NCBI GenBank assembly: GCA_945865665.1
Contig: CAMBEE010000005.1
Coordinates: 17,186-81,185 of the forward strand
From: an uncultured Clostridium sp.
GTDB taxonomy: Bacteria > Bacillota > Clostridia > TANB77 > CAG-508
Length of the DNA stretch: 64,000 nucleotides
Direction: 5' to 3'
Shown here: piece after piece, positions 63,761 to 64,000 of the stretch
Numbering within the stretch: position 1 is the stretch's first letter
How the letters are laid out: each line of letters begins with the position of its first letter
Position numbers and translations under genes: made by a program
Notes under the pieces: generated by a model
What the model saw: only the letters and a program-made list of their open reading frames with translations
What the model was told of the DNA's origin: nothing
The model's database searches: none

Positions 63761-64000
63761 TAATTACACCTCTTAAACTTTCATAAATTTCATCTGAAAT
63801 TGACATTTCAAAAACTCTTTCTAGTCTTTTACTTTTGATTAATTTATCTAAACAATTTACATCATCACAGATATATGCTCCGCGTCCCTCTTTTTTTCCT
63901 GTTCTATCAACTGATATTTCATTGTTTTTGTTTTTTACTATTCTGATTAATTCTTTTTTGTTCTTTTTTTGATTACATCCCATGCATGTTCTTTGTGGTT
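63750..64000 (-). CDS. ylxR: YlxR/DUF448 family protein (RnpM-like), 5' end beyond window
   Basis: CMGCNQKKNKKELIRIV zinc-knuckle-like start region; frame stays open to position 64000. Confidence 0.75.
   Translation of the reverse strand, partial: PQRTCMGCNQKKNKKELIRIVKNKNNEISVDRTGKKEGRGAYICDDVNCLDKLIKSKRLERVFEMSISDEIYESLRGVIIDK

Overview
This 64-kb window is very AT-rich (about 27% GC) and reads as standard genetic code (TGG Trp, mostly TAA stops). It is almost certainly a chromosomal segment of a low-GC Firmicute, probably Clostridia-like. Nearly all genes lie on the minus strand. The housekeeping backbone is recognisable: argS; clpX-clpP-tig; rpmB; nth; pheT-pheS behind a T-box leader; feoB; the fructose PTS operon fruK-fruA-ptsH-ptsI; asnB; dnaE; tmRNA (ssrA); galE; cysS; a class A PBP; truB; nrnA; rbfA; infB; the L7Ae-like gene; and ylxR at the window edge. 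Accessory content includes an NfeD/SPFH pair; a five-gene glycolipid-type cluster (two GT8 glycosyltransferases, two PlsC-like acyltransferases, a UPF0104 flippase-like membrane protein); a prepilin peptidase with two pilin-like genes, one carrying an in-frame (CA)9 tract in its leader; a YhgE/Pip membrane protein; a decayed Rpn-family pseudogene; and a roughly 5.6-kb integrated mobilizable element next to tRNA-Leu(UAA). That element carries a large serine recombinase with a disrupted N-terminus, a MobV (Mob/Pre) relaxase with a candidate oriT, a foreign-GC cargo gene, and a compact convergent small-peptide locus that looks like a type I toxin-antitoxin. The most unusual feature is the non-coding repeat load. 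At least 14 hairpin repeats in three stem architectures share one loop core (GA[AC]CCGTCCCC[T]AAT / AACGTCCCCATTGG). They sit after genes, inside operon spacers and directly upstream of three ribosome-binding sites. Two copies of a MITE with about 75-bp terminal inverted repeats and 7-8 bp target duplications are also present, plus a 46-bp hairpin shared by the pheT and cysS upstream regions. Several genes (M14 peptidase, asnB, the recombinase) carry frameshifts outside homopolymer runs. No CRISPR array and no rRNA were found.
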